Source: the human T2T-CHM13v2.0 reference genome, Homo sapiens. From it: a stretch of DNA of 64,000 bases. A program made the translations under genes and the position numbers. Positions 14,491-27,960 of the stretch are shown here, piece after piece. The notes below the pieces were generated by a model. The model was not told where the DNA came from, did no database searches, and saw only the letters and a program-made list of their open reading frames with translations. The DNA lies in NCBI RefSeq assembly GCF_009914755.1, contig NC_060928.1, one strand, 5' to 3'. How positions within the stretch are numbered: position 1 is the first letter of the stretch; every line of letters begins with the position of its first letter.

Positions 14491-14959
14491 TATAAAATTT
14501 GTGTTCCTTTTCTTTACTAATGGACCAATTAAATGATCATATGATGGTAATTATATATAAAATATATAAATGGCCCTTGATTGAGAAATTTATTCTAATG
14601 CATGGATTTCAGGCAAAAGGGATTTGAATCACTATTCCTTGGACTACAATCTTACAGCCAATATGACATAATTTTTCAGCAAATTTTGGGCAAATTTTGA
14701 AGTGAATTGCTTGTTTTGGCACCGTCAGCCTTCTTACTTTGCACCCATTTTCTTGTTCTGTTTTCTTTATTTGTTTGCTTTTTGAGAAGTCTATGTTATA
14801 GATTCACAGAATCTTAGAGCATAAAAGACTCTTAGATTGGAACATGAGAAATCTTTATTCTGTTACATGAATTTTTACAGCAGCTCTAATGGGTGATTAT
14901 TCATCTGTTACTTACATACTTGAGATGCCAGAAGTGAGTTGATGCTTGTTCAAACATAC

Positions 14960-15409
14960 TTGTGTAGAGTAGTGATAGTTTTCCCAGACTTCCAATTTCC
15001 AAGGGATATTTACAGCTTGCTAAGTTTATACCAGTGGAATGTGATCTGAAGTGATACACACCATTTTCAAATCAGAGACTTAAAATATTAGGGCATCCAT
15101 CCTTCATATGCTCTCTGTCTACCTACTCTGAACCAGAATGTGGGTGTGCCTGCACTGTAGTTTCAATCAGGCAGACCAAAATTAAAAACACAAAAGCAAA
15201 AACAACAAAAAAGCCCCCTCAAATTTCCCCAAACCAAGAACTGAGAGAGACAGCAGAGAAACAAGATTAAGGTCCTGAATGGTAACCACTCTCTGATCTG
15301 AAACCTTGGATTGTTGTATAATGAAAAAATAAACCTCAGCCTTCTTTAGGATACTAAAATTAGTATTGACTCTCTGATAAAACACACAATAATTATCCTA
15401 ACTGATACA
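14960..15409 (+). mobile_element. Old MaLR LTR (MLT1J/K-like)
   Basis: ccagtggaatgtgatctgaagtga...aaataaacctc...cctaactgataca end typical of MLT1. Confidence 0.5.
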
Positions 15410-15429
15410 GAGGGTACTTCATTTTTTTC

Positions 15430-17350
15430 TATTCTCTAGAAGAAATTGGTTAAGATTGAATTCATCTATTCCTTGAATGTATCACAGAACTTGCCTATAA
15501 AATCATCTAAACTGACATTTAGTTTGGTGGAAGGTTTTTAAAAACAGATTTAATTTATTCAATGAATATATAACAAATCAGATTATCTATTTCTTCTTTA
15601 GTCAATTTTGGTGAATTATGTTATTCTAGGATTTTTTCTATTTTGTGTAAATATTAAAATATATTGGCAAAGTTTTTCAACATCTCTTAATTTTAAAAAT
15701 CTATTACATCTGCAGTTATGTTTCTTTTTCATTCTCAATGCTTTGTATTTGTGTTTTGTTTTCTTTATTAGTCTCACCAATTATAATTGTCAACTATATT
15801 TATGTTTTCTAAGAACCAGCTTTTGGCTTTGATTCTTTATTTGATTATTTACTGTTTAATTTAAGTTTTAACTTTATTATTTTATTCTTAATTTATTTGG
15901 GTTTAATTCTGCTTCTTTTTAAAGTGATTAAGTGTGACACTTAGCTAACTAATTTTTAGCTAGGAAACCATAAATTATATTAAAAGCGTTTTACATTTTA
16001 AAATTTAAAAATGAAGCATTTATTTAAAGAAATTAGTATAAATTACTGAAAAAGCTGTAGTAAAATCTCTTAGTCTACTAGATTTGTCAGTTTCTTCTTG
16101 AGGTGCAATCATTTTTTAAAAACTTGCTTAATATAATTTGAAGCAATCTTATTTGGTGCATATAAGCTTAGTATTGTTTTAATGTCCTAGGAAATGGAAT
16201 CTTTTATTAGTAAGTGATTTTCTGTATCTCTGTTAATTTGTTTGTCCTAAAGTAAATTTTGCTGCAGTGATATAGCCACATCAGATTTCTCTTGAATGGT
16301 ATGTATTATTCTTTTTCCTCTCTCACTTTCTTTGTTCTTTATCTTAATGCATCTTTTGTAAACAGTGTGCAGTTGATTTTGAAAATTTAGTCAGTCTTGT
16401 GTTTTAACTAAGTAGTTTAAGTATATACAATTACTATTCTTTTGCTTAGACTTTTTTTATTTTTATTTTGCTTAGAGCTATCTTTTCCTATTTATTCTAC
16501 ATTTTCTTTCTCTCTCTCTCTTTTGCCTTTTCTTGGATTAAGTTTTACTTTTAGGTTTTGTTTTGGTTCCATTTTTCTCCTCTATTGGTTTGAAAATGAT
16601 AAACTCTGTACTCTAAAAATTTTAACATTTATATTAAGCACAACAAAGTTTAAATTTTATTAGTAGTAGCTTTATCTTCTTTTCAAACAATACAAAGTCC
16701 TTCTAAATGCTCTAAGTCCAACTGATATTTTATTTCAGCAATTTTTATTTAGATTTTATTATGTTCACATTGTTTACTTTTTCTTTTTAACATTTCACTT
16801 ATTTCTCCTGTAACCATGTTCTTTATTACATTTACATTGTTTACTTTTCTTTTTTTTATTATTTTACTTATTTCTCCTGTGACCATGTTTTTTATCCTGA
16901 AACATATCATTCAAAATTTTGTGGGGCTGTGATATTTGTAAGGTGTCATATTTTTGTCTGAAAAGGCATAATTTTATTCTTTTTGAAAAACAGTTTTGCT
17001 GTTCATAAAATTCTAGATAGTGAGTTATTTTCTATCAGCGTTTTGAAAATACAATTTGACTGTCTTCTAGATTGTGTTGTTATTATGGAGACGTGAGATG
17101 CCAGTCAAATTCTTTCTCCAATGTAAGCAATCTCTTACATAAGATCTTCTTTGTGTTTTGTTATGTGTCTTTATACTATGATTTTTTTTTAATGTTCTCC
17201 TAAGTGTTCATTCAGTTTCTAGGATCTGTGGCTTGGAGTGTTTAATTAGTTCTGAATATTTCTCAACAATTATTCCTTCAAATATTTTCTCTGCTCTATT
17301 TTCTCCTCTTTTTCTGGAACTTCAATATAATGTAGATCAATTGTCTTCAT
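15430..17350 (-). mobile_element. Highly diverged L1M fragments
   Basis: T-rich antisense L1-like motifs (aagaaccagcttttggcttt, ttatttggtgcatataag, ttttgctgttcataaaattctag, attattccttcaaatattttct). Confidence 0.65.
16760..16895. repeat. ~67-bp tandem duplication (2 diverged copies)
   Basis: acattgtttactttt...acttatttctcctgt(a/g)accatgtt(c/t)tttat occurs at 16760-16826 and 16827-16895. Confidence 0.88.
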
Positions 17351-20061
17351 TCCATTTTTTTTTTTTTGTATTTCACTCATTTAGTAATTGCTAAAACCAT
17401 TTTCCCCTTCCTTTCTCTCATAGCCAAGGAAAGCCAACTTTGGCGATAGGGGAGAGATTTTTCTGTGCAAAGATAAAGGCAAAGATCCATTATTTGAAAT
17501 CTCATTTTTATTTAATGTATAATCTCTTTGCCAGATGCTTCCTCTTCTTGCTGAATGTTTTCAAATCTGCATGATAAAGTTTTGACAGTAAGAGACTACA
17601 GATACTTTTATATCTGCTCTGTTCATTTGTTCATTCCTTTGCTGTCATGTTTTAGCAGTTTTCAGTCCTATAGTCCAATTTTCATGGTTTCTGTATTCCT
17701 TACTGCAGTGAACTTGATTGACTTTTTTTGCTCACTCAGATTAAAAGAGGGATTACGTCACCTGCCCAGAAGGGTCAATAAATTGGAGGCAGAAGTACCT
17801 TTGAAAAACAAGGTGTCATCTCTTCCATGTGTCGTTAAGTTAGGATACTAAGATCTCTATGTTTGTAATCATGGGCAACTCTACATTGATGAAAGTTAAA
17901 AAAAAATAGTTTAGAAAGGCCCATGCTGCCAACTAGAAACTTAGAAATTACATGTTGCTTGTCATCAACAAGTACAAGGTGTTCTATTTAATGGGCTTTG
18001 TCCCCCCTCTTTGTTGAATGGAAATTTAACACACTTCTGCTTTCTTAAAAAACAAGAAAGTTGAGTACTTGACTTTTGTTTTTGGTAACTACTAAAGGTA
18101 ATCAACCCATACTATTTGAGAGGACAGGAGCAAATGAGTTAACAGGAATTAATTTTAATTAGGATAAGTGGGCATTGAAAGAAAGGAGGCCCATCCTCTT
18201 TGAATAGATTCCATTTTATTGGAGAATGAGACCAATGAGAACACATTTCACCATTGACTCACTAGTTTTGGTATTCTAAATTACAACTTATTAATTTATA
18301 ATTAACTAACTTCAAGTTTTTGGCTACTTTCATGGGCCAATGAGGACATCTTGTTTTAATTTTTATTTCTCTTATAATGAGCGAAGTTGAACATTATAGA
18401 AAATTGTGCTATTTCAAAGTATAAGAAATATTCTGGAAGCACACTTTAGAAGTAGAGATATTGGAGCATCTGGCATGTTTTGTTGATTTATAGGTTCTTT
18501 GATTTGTAGAAATTAGAATAAACAGCTTAATGTAAAAATCATGGAATGCTTCATGAAGGAGATGGAAACTTGAAAGATGAGAAGGATTTATGATCTGATA
18601 CAAATACTTCAAGTTTTTTATTTACCTGATGTTCGTTCACTAATTATGCTTATATATTGCTTAAATGTAATGAGAATTAAATATCAAAACAAAAATCTAC
18701 CGAATACGTTAGAATTTTTTAACCAGAGCTGTTGGTGTGGCCTTTGGCCTGTGAGAGACTACCTTAAATAATGGAACACAGGAAATAACCATATGTGAAC
18801 CAGAGATCTAAATCAACCAAGTTAACAGACGGGGCCTGACAGGTTCCAGATAATCTGTAGAGTCTTAAGTTGTCTTGACCATGAGCAGGTTTGTTTAAGG
18901 AGTTGACCTAAAGGAATTAAGTTTTGCCAATAAGGATGGAGCTCTCTCTTTTTGTGCATTTGTTCCAATGTCGACTGGCAGGAAAGTAAAGTGGTATGGA
19001 TGGGAAGGAGTTAGCCCTGTCAACAGAGCAATGATGGGCCTAGATAGGTTCTCTCTCTGCTTAAGTTAGGGGAACTCTAGCCTGAGCAGAGTAAGAGGCT
19101 TTCCAGTTTGGAAACAGTACTTCTTTTGTTACTTTCATATGAAGAAACTGTCAAATAAGTGTCAGAGGACCAAATTCCCTAACGTTTGTGAAGTAAAATA
19201 TTCTTAAATGACTAATCAGACTGCTCAGAAACACTCATTGATTTGGGACATGACTGCATACATTTGAAAGGGGAGGGCAATGGTGAATTATTATTTATAG
19301 TTCTTCTCATATCTTTTATACCTCTGTAGTTTCTATTACATATCCAATAAAAGGTATTTGAAAGCAGTAGTTGACTTTCTGATATGAGGTTACCCCAAGT
19401 TGTAGTATTTCTTTCAAAGGAAAAGGAGAAAAAAAAGAATAAGAAGAAAGCATTTCCTAGTAGGCATAGGCAGGTAGGACTCCATGATTGGAAATAAACC
19501 ACACTTTGAACATTTGCCATCGTGGTGTTTTAGCAAATAGAAAAAAACATGCAGGCAGAGCATCATTCTCTATGCTTAAGGGAGCTGAGTGTAGTTCTGA
19601 GGTCATATGACAATATCATCCCAACTAAACTCCACATAACTTCCCACATTTTGGGGGCCTTTTGAAAGCCCTGATTTAAAAATTCCTATACAGTGTTTTC
19701 AAGGAGAGAGGTTGAATTTTTTGGCCAAGGTAGTCAAGTTTCTTATATCCAGAATAAGGTCACAGGTAAGTAACTTCCTTTATGGAATGCTCACTGCATA
19801 AGACTTGTTCTTTTGTGCATGTTAATCTTGTAAGGCATCCCACTGTACACAATTCAATACAATAAAATTGCTGATAGGAGCAAATCTAGTCAAGAAAATA
19901 TATATTCTTTGTAGCACTGTTATAGAATGAGAAGAACAATACTATATTCTACTTATTTCCACTTAGTATATTGCTCTCTTCACAATCCTACCCCACAGCA
20001 TTGTATCTCTCTCTCCTTTTCAGTCCAATAAACTTTTCATTATCTGTTCTTACCTGTTCTA

Positions 20062-20241
20062 TTAGATTGGTGCAAAAGTAATTGTGGTTTTTCACCATGG
20101 CACATGTATACCTATGTAACAAACCTGCATGTTCTGCACATGTATCCCAGAACTTAAATTATAATTAAAAAAATTAAGTAGTTGTGGTTTTTGACGTTAC
20201 TTTTCATGGCAAAAACCACAATAAATTTTGCTCCAAACTAA
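20062..20241. mobile_element. MADE1 (Hsmar1-derived MITE) interrupted by an L1 fragment
   Basis: ttagattggtgcaaaagtaattgtggttttt ... ggcaaaaaccacaataaattttgctccaaactaa; removing the insert and one TSD restores the 80-bp palindrome. Confidence 0.9.
20093..20175 (+). mobile_element. Ultra-short L1PA (PA6-8-like) 3'-end insertion (83 bp)
   Basis: caccatggcacatgtatacctatgtaacaaacctgcatgttctgcacatgtatcccagaacttaaa; 17-bp TSD aagta(a/g)ttgtggttttt (20076-92 / 20176-92). Confidence 0.92.
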
Positions 20242-20504
20242 TCTTACCTCTTTTCTAACCTGTTTCTCTAAGAACTGTTTTTATTTATTTAGAGTCAGTT
20301 TTCCTCTCTCCTTTAAAATGCTCTGTGTCTCAGGAATTGCCACAGGATTCTATGACACTGTATTGACCTGGGGACATTGTTCTCAATCAAAAGTTTGAAT
20401 GTAATTTCAATTACATTGCTGAAGATTTACCTACTCATTGATTTTGGATGTGAATTCATTCCTTAGGTGAAAGACCTAAAGAAGGCTAGTGAAAAGCCTC
20501 TAAT

Positions 20505-20530
20505 GGGCGGGGGGGGGGGTCGGGGGAGGG
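20505..20530 (+). other. G-run / putative G-quadruplex motif
   Basis: GGG C G11 TC G5 A GGG in an otherwise AT-rich context. Confidence 0.6.
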
Positions 20531-21639
20531 AACAAAGAAAACAACACGAAATTCTTACTTGTTCATTTCCAGAGCAGTGTAGAAGAAGTATGTAAATAAC
20601 GAAGCTATTTGTATCACCTGTCACTCTGCTTTATCCAAAAAGTAACTCTACGGTTCCTTTAAACAATTCTGCCTGGCATCTATTTGGATGGGTGATAACT
20701 GTAAAACATTTTCAGTGTCAGGAACTATCCATTTTAATGTCATTTTTCATTTTAATGGAGTCGGAAGCTTTGAGAACAGTCCTGATGAAAATCTTCAACT
20801 GGCTCTGAAACCACTGTTATGTTATACAGGGAAAGAAAGAGGCAGCAGTTTTGTCTCTGTAAATACACTATAATATGCACAATCAATCTTTAATTGAGAG
20901 TGAAAGAAGAAAAATTTAATGTTTTGAAACTGATTAGATGTATTTCCCAGTGGATATGTTTTTCCCCCACAATTAAAAAGGCAAACATTTGGAGTATTTA
21001 AGACAAGTATGCTGTTGTTTTGCTAAATATTTGTTGAAACATTTATTTTTGCTTCCCTGAAAAAAAAATGTCCTCTCCTTTAGGCTATGTGATTCTTTCC
21101 AAAAGTTTCTTTCTTTTTATTTTAAGTAAATGTTTTTTATTGAGCTGATAGATTCTGTGTTTGAGAACATATTTTTTTACAGTTTTTTGAACTGGTTCAT
21201 TTCCTTTCTCCTTGTCTTTTATATTTTTTTACTGCACTTAAAAAATCCAAAGCATGTTAAGGTAGCTCACTAAATATGTATTTACAGATAATGGTATGTA
21301 AAAGTGATCTATTTAATTCTTTTTTGGGTGCACTGTATTTAAAAACTTTATAGTTTCTGTTTTCTCTTGTTTCTATTATACAATTGGGTATTACAAAAAT
21401 TGGTAACACTCTGTAAGTCATTTTTTTCTTTTGTTTCCAATCTATAGTTATATGTTATAAAAATGGTACTATTTCTGTAGAAGAAAAAACCCTGTTTTTA
21501 TTACCAAGACCAGGAAACCCAATTTAATTTATTTTCAGTGTGTGCAATTTTGTGTCTTTAAAAGTCATGCTGTGGAGCTTGTGTTGGCTTTAGAAACACA
21601 TAATCTTTAGTGTAAAAATATATGAAAACTATAATTCAG

Positions 21640-21830
21640 TGACCCTGGATAGTGTAATTCTAGCCTTAGGTCCTTCAGCTGCATGTTCCTGAGCATCATT
21701 TCACTTCTCTGGGTCTCGTTTCCATCATTGGTGAAACTGGAAGGTATATATGCCTTAATTTGCAGATTTTGAATGTAAACATAAGATTATCCATGAAAGA
21801 TGTTCTGCAGTGTACAGATCTTTCCCAATG
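21640..21830 (+). mobile_element. MIR fragment
   Basis: atttcacttctctgggtctcgtttccatcattggtgaaactgga core. Confidence 0.5.
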
Positions 21831-24127
21831 CATAAATCAAGATTGCCTTTAAATTTGAAGACATTCACACGGAGAGTCAGTGCTCTTGTGACCTAAGAAA
21901 CCCACGTGATGCATTGGAAAAAAATTGAAGCTGTCTGGTAACCCAGACACAAAAGCACTTATTCCAGTTCTCTCACTCACTTGTTAGTGATGCTAGCAGT
22001 TTATTTTACCTCTTTGTTTGTCAGTGGACTCAAATACGCTGTCAAGATAAGGAGATTGACTCATAAGACTATGGTGAGATATAACCAATAAAAAGAATTT
22101 CTGTTTATAAAAATCACAAAAGCATCATAAGTGCTATACAACAGTGTTATAATTCTACCTCCCAAGCATAGCCTCTGGGATTAATGTATTCATGAATCTA
22201 AACCATGCAATGTAGCTTTAGATCAAAGTAAGCAGATATAATTTTCTTGCTCATTTATTTCATCAAAATGCTCTTTCATACTGAAATATTTCACTCAGAT
22301 TCTTAAGAATCAATAGTAATCAGTCATATCTTCATTGTACATTTGTAAATTGTACTGCTTAACATTTTCCTAAACCTAAAGAATTCACAAACCCATAGTT
22401 CTAATTACTCACTGCTATAGAGATAAAAACAAAACTCCAAGCTGAGTGGTGTTTAAAGAACATTCTTGGAAATGCTCTCTTATTATAGGGAGAAAAACAA
22501 AATTGTATTTACATGGTCAAGTTACTACATTTGAAATACCTCACTTATGGTCTATCAGAGTACCAATTTATGATAACAAGAAGTAACTGGAAAGCCAAAC
22601 AGGACTATCTTTAAAATCTCCAAAATAACTGAGTGAGAAATGAAATTGTTCAGACTCTTACTAGAGTTTCTAGATGTGTTGTAATCACAGTGATTACAAC
22701 AATCTCTTCCTGCATCCACATTGCAGCAGGAATCAGCAACTTGCTTCATCCTTTTCCTGCTGCCCCTGACCAAACCAGATATGCCATTGCTCATTAGCAA
22801 GTTAATTACGTGTTACTTAAAGTTTAATGGGGAAAAAAGTATTTACATGGGACACTATAGGACTACACGTTAGCAAAAATTTCCATTAGATGTTCTCTGC
22901 CCCAGCTATCTCTCCATTCTCAGCTGCTTCCCTTCTTTCCTGTCTCTCCTCCTACAACTCCTCAGCACTCTCAGTCATACCTACACCTTCCGAATCTTCT
23001 ATGTCCAACCAAGTCCTTCTGCATTCCCTATTTAGCCAAACCTTGTCTTCAGGAAGCAATTCTTTGACTATAGAAGCCTGCCTTAGGAATCCAACCACCC
23101 CTTCTCTCACCCTGGCAAATCCCACCTTCACGAGGTTAAGAAGGGAGCCCTGAAAGTTTCCTAAGTAAAATCAGATTTTTCTCCTCTAAGTAATGCTTAA
23201 TTAAAAACAAATATTAAGAATCTACTATTGTAGTCCAGATTATCTCTGTGAGGCACTTCAGATAATATAAAGATGGCAAACAACAACAAACAAAAATACA
23301 AGAAAAATAATAGCAAGATCTGTGTCCTTATAGAAATCGCGGTCTAGTGGGAAGGATGGTCTTAATCAAGAGGAGACACAATTATGTGTATAACTCTAAT
23401 GGGGATAGGAATGAGGGTGGAGAGAATAATATTGTACCTTAAAAACATAGGGAGCTTAGGGCAGCCTTCTCGGAGAAGCTGAGCTTGAGAGAGGAGCAAG
23501 ATTTAGACAAATGCTGGGGTAAATGATGAGATTACTCAGGAAGAAGGGTAAGGGGTCTGTGCCAGCAGGTCTTTTTAGACCACATTAAAGATTTTGGTCT
23601 TTAAGTTCTTTGAAGGGCTTCAAGTTGAGACAAGGCAGGGAGAAGAGGAATGTCACGTGCTCACATTTGTATTTTGAAGCAATAGCTCTGAAAAGAATTA
23701 GAGAATGGATTGAAGTGGATGGAAACATGCAGAACTAGTCCAATTAAGACATAATTAGAGCTTGGATTAGGGTGTTGGTAAGGAGATGGAAGGGTGTGAG
23801 AGTTCACTTGGGTTTGATATTGAAAGGAAGGAAGGTTTTAGAGGTGACTCATAAACTGAAGATTGCATAACAGGATGAAAGAAGGTGGCATTGTCCACTG
23901 AGATCGAGACAAGTGGATCAGATATGGAGAGAGAGGCTGTGTGGAGTGGGCCAGAAATTGTTGTTGTTGTTTAATATGCTGATCTAGGGATGCATTTGAG
24001 AAATATAAGTGGAGGTTGGCTACATAGGTCTGTAGGTCAAAGAAGAGGTGTAAGTTGGAGATAAAATGTGGGGTCATTTCCATAAAGTTGCTTTGTTGTT
24101 GTTGTTACTGCTGTTGTTGTTGCTATC

Positions 24128-24600
24128 TTTAAAAAATAGCTTTATTGAGATACAGTTTACCAAGGATACAATTCACCCATTTAGAGTACACAACTCATTA
24201 GTTTTTGGTATATTACAGATATACAGATAAAATTAACCACTATCACAGTTACTTTTAGAACATTTTCATCACTCCCTAAAGAAACCCTATGCACTTTAGC
24301 TATCACCTCCCCCACACCCTCACTGATCTGACCTTCTTCTACCCCAAGTCCTAGGCAAGCACTATTTCCTATTTCCTACAGATTTATCTGTTCTGAGCAT
24401 TTCCTATGAATGCACTCATACAATATGTGGCTTTTTGTATCACTGAGTATAATAATAAGTGTATCACTTAGTAATATCTTCAAGGTTCATCCACACTGGA
24501 ACATGTATAACTTCATTTTTTTATGTCTGAATAATATTCCACTGTGTGGGTAGGTCACATTTGTTTATCCATATAGTTGTTTTTTCATTTCTATAGTTGC
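24128..24600 (-). mobile_element. L1MB-type 3' end
   Basis: agctttattgagatacagtttac...caattcacccatttagagtacacaa...tcaaggttcatccac...ctgaataatattccactgtgtgg. Confidence 0.8.
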
Positions 24601-24725
24601 AGTTATGATTACTTTAGAAAAGATTATGGTGTGAGAAGAAAATAGAATTTCATGCCATGCTTTAAGAGTTTCTCACATTCAATGAGTTTACAAAGGAGAA
24701 GGAGAATTATAGGAGAAATACCACG

Positions 24726-24727
<2 letters not shown>

Positions 24728-24763
<36 letters not shown>
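24728..24763. repeat. (GT)18 microsatellite
   Basis: Perfect 36-bp GT run. Confidence 0.98.
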
Positions 24764-24764
<1 letters not shown>

Positions 24765-26168
24765 ATAGAAACTAAGGAGAAAGATTGTTTCAAAAAGGAG
24801 GGAATAGTCAACAGTGTCAAACACTGATGTGAAGTTCGGTAAGGTGGAGAATGAAAAGTATCTTCTAAATTTGGGGGGGATGGAGTTCATTGTCGACCTT
24901 AGCAAGTGATATTCTGGTGGACTGATGAGGGTACAGACCACATGAGAGTGGATGGAGGAGCAGGAGAAGAGAAAATGGAGCTAGAAAATGTAAATGGCAG
25001 CAATTTTTTTTAAAAGCTTGACAGGGAAGGAAAGGAGAAAAGAAACCTGAGAGCTGGAGCGAATATGTAGGCAACTCAAGATTTAAGGAATTTTAACCAA
25101 ATCCAAATGATTTAGTTATGAGAGAAGGGTCAACCCCACAAAATAGATCTGGGCCAAGCGAAATAGGCTCCTGCACTCAGATGGAAGAATAGACCTTAGA
25201 GAAGAAAAGAGACAATTCGTCTGCAGTAACAACAGAGATGATAAAAAGGATAGAGCCTGAGATGAGTACATATATTTTGTAAAGAAGGTGTGGGAATTCT
25301 CATCTATCAGCCTCTATTTTTTCTGAGAAGCAGAGGTGAAGTCAGACTCTGAGGAAGGAATACCAGGGGTTTGAAGAAGGTGAAGGCTTGAGAACATCAT
25401 TGTGGATATGGGTGGATGAGTTAGACAGTGAATCTTAGAGAAACTGATGGTCAAGATTGTGGGCTTATTTGAGACTGATTATGAATTGATAGTGGACTCA
25501 ATCAACAATTAGATATTTATTGAGCTCTATATACTAGAGCATCCCTTCCTCCTGTGTTCTTCCTAAACTTCTTAAAAATAGGTTACTTCCCTCTCATCAT
25601 AGTCCATAGCCTTGAGCATGTGGTTCAAACCTTACTTAAAGTTTTAAGACAGCAGGGAGTGAACCAATGTATATCACTGAGCCAGATCAAGAAAGATCCA
25701 CTCAGTGGTAGCTTAATCACACCTAAGAGAAAGTTAGTAGTTAAAATCACAACGTTTTTGTATTATTAGACTTCCCCTTTTACTTCTATACTTCTATCTT
25801 ATCCATCATCACTCATTTATGCATTTATTTATGCAGAAATATTTGTTAATGCCAATGTGTGCCAGGCTCTCAACCACTTCCACAATTCCCTTCCTCCTCT
25901 TGCACCTCTTTCCTCCTTCTATAAGACTTCTGTTTCTGTCGACTTTCTCTTTGTTTCTCTTTGTATCTCAAGATGAGGAAGTAGGAGTTACCAGTATTTT
26001 CTGAGACTCTAATAGCTTCAGTTCATGGACTGATGAACATGTTAAGCCTAGAGATGACATCCATTAGGGCCCACATTTAGGCAGAGCAGAAGCAGTCTGT
26101 GCAGCCTGTGTTATTGCAATACCCACATAGACATGGGATATAAGATGTCTAAAGATGTGTTATATTTT

Positions 26169-26526
<358 letters not shown>

Positions 26527-26589
26527 TTAAATATGTTCTCCTCATTAGACTGACAATTTTAATGTTAATTTATGTGGTTTAATGACTAC

Positions 26590-27960
26590 ATTTGTTTATT
26601 CAATAAATATTGAAATGTTATGTGCCTGTCTGTGAATTACTATGCACAAGAAGGAGGGAGAAAGAGGTTGAATATTGAAAAGAAACAATCTTTTTTTCCC
26701 CCTAGGAGCTCAGAATCCAATAGATCCACAATGTAAGTATGCAGAAGTTAACACAGAAAAGTGTGGATTAGTCAGGGGGTGCTTTCTGGTGAGGGTAAAT
26801 TTTGAAATGAGTTTTGAATGGTGAATTGTTTACCAGGGAATGAGAAAGTGGTGCCAGCCAGGTGAGTGGGAGCAGCACTTTATAAGCAGATGGAACTATG
26901 AACACTGCTGAGGCCCAGGGAGCAGGAGGAAGGGTGACAGGAGAAAAGAAGGAAAACACAGCCAAGAGCCTGAGTGCAAAAGGCCTTTTATCCACGCTGA
27001 GGTATTTGAGTTTCTTGCATGGTGATACAGAACAGGTGAAGAGTTTTAAGCAGTTGGAATGACGTGGTCTAATTCGCCTTTTAGCACAATTATTCTGGTG
27101 GTGATATGGAACATTGCCTGGAAGGACTGAGTCTTAGAAGAGGGAGATCAGTTAAGGGTTTAAGCAAGACCTAAGAAGTACTGAGCTAGCACATAGGGGT
27201 GGGAATGCAGAGGAAAGGATTGATTCAACGCATGTAGAGCAGGTGGAATCAAGGAGGCTTGTGACTGATGGAAGGTAGAGGTAGGGGAGAGTGAGGACAA
27301 AGTCTGAAAGGTGACTCCCAGGCTTCCGGCCTGTGTGGCTGGTTGGATGGTGGTACCACCAATGACATTGTGAGTATTAAGTAAGGCATAGGCCTGGAGA
27401 GGGTTCAAGTTCAGCTTTAGACTTTTCAGTTTGGAAGAGCCTCTGGAACATCTAGGTGGAGATACACAGTAAGATTTACAGAGATTAGGAAAGTTGTCTA
27501 ACCTGCACATTGTGCACATGTACCCTAAAACTTAAAGTATAATAATAATTAAAAAAAGGAAAGTTGTCTGTGTGAGTAATAAATAATTATAGTTTCTTAG
27601 TCTAAGAAGGGTAACTAAAACCATGAGAACAAATGAAGTTGCCTTTGAAGAGATAAAGAGTGAAAAAAGAAGAGAGTGAAACATAGCATCCTCGAGAGGC
27701 AGAGGAGAACTGAGAGAAGCTACTGAAGGAGAGTCAAAGGGTCATAAATGTAAAAAATTTATAATGTAAGAATTTAGTCTTGTCCATTGTTTGGAAAATT
27801 TGCCTGTCTTAATGTCTTTTTTTTTTTTTTTTTAGTACAATTCCAATGGTAGGCAGGTAGCTAAAAGTTTGGTAAGAAAAAAATGATCAGTAATCAGATT
27901 TTATCATATTGAGGGATAAATGAAAAGTGAGGAAAAGAAGAAAAAAAGCATAGACATTTT
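26590..27960 (-). mobile_element. L2 relic
   Basis: catttgtttattcaataaatattg (rc of L2 3' end), gagttttaagcag...ggtctaattcgccttttag, ggttggatggtggtacca. Confidence 0.7.
27500..27556 (+). mobile_element. Ultra-short young L1PA (PA2-4-like) 3'-end insertion (57 bp)
   Basis: aacctgcacattgtgcacatgtaccctaaaacttaaagtataataat plus tail; perfect 13-bp TSD aggaaagttgtct (27487-99 / 27557-69). Confidence 0.93.

Larger units (their letters stand above)
23230..25450 (-). mobile_element. L2 relic interrupted by an L1MB-type 3' end and a (GT)n
   Basis: Purine-rich antisense L2 motifs (ctgtgtccttatagaa...gtctagtgggaag; agggaatagtcaacagtgtcaaacactg). Confidence 0.65.

Noticed and set aside
20093-20175. This L1 3' piece as the missing tail of the orphan 5' end at 10402-11872
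   Set aside because: It has its own 17-bp TSD and the opposite orientation, so it is an independent insertion.
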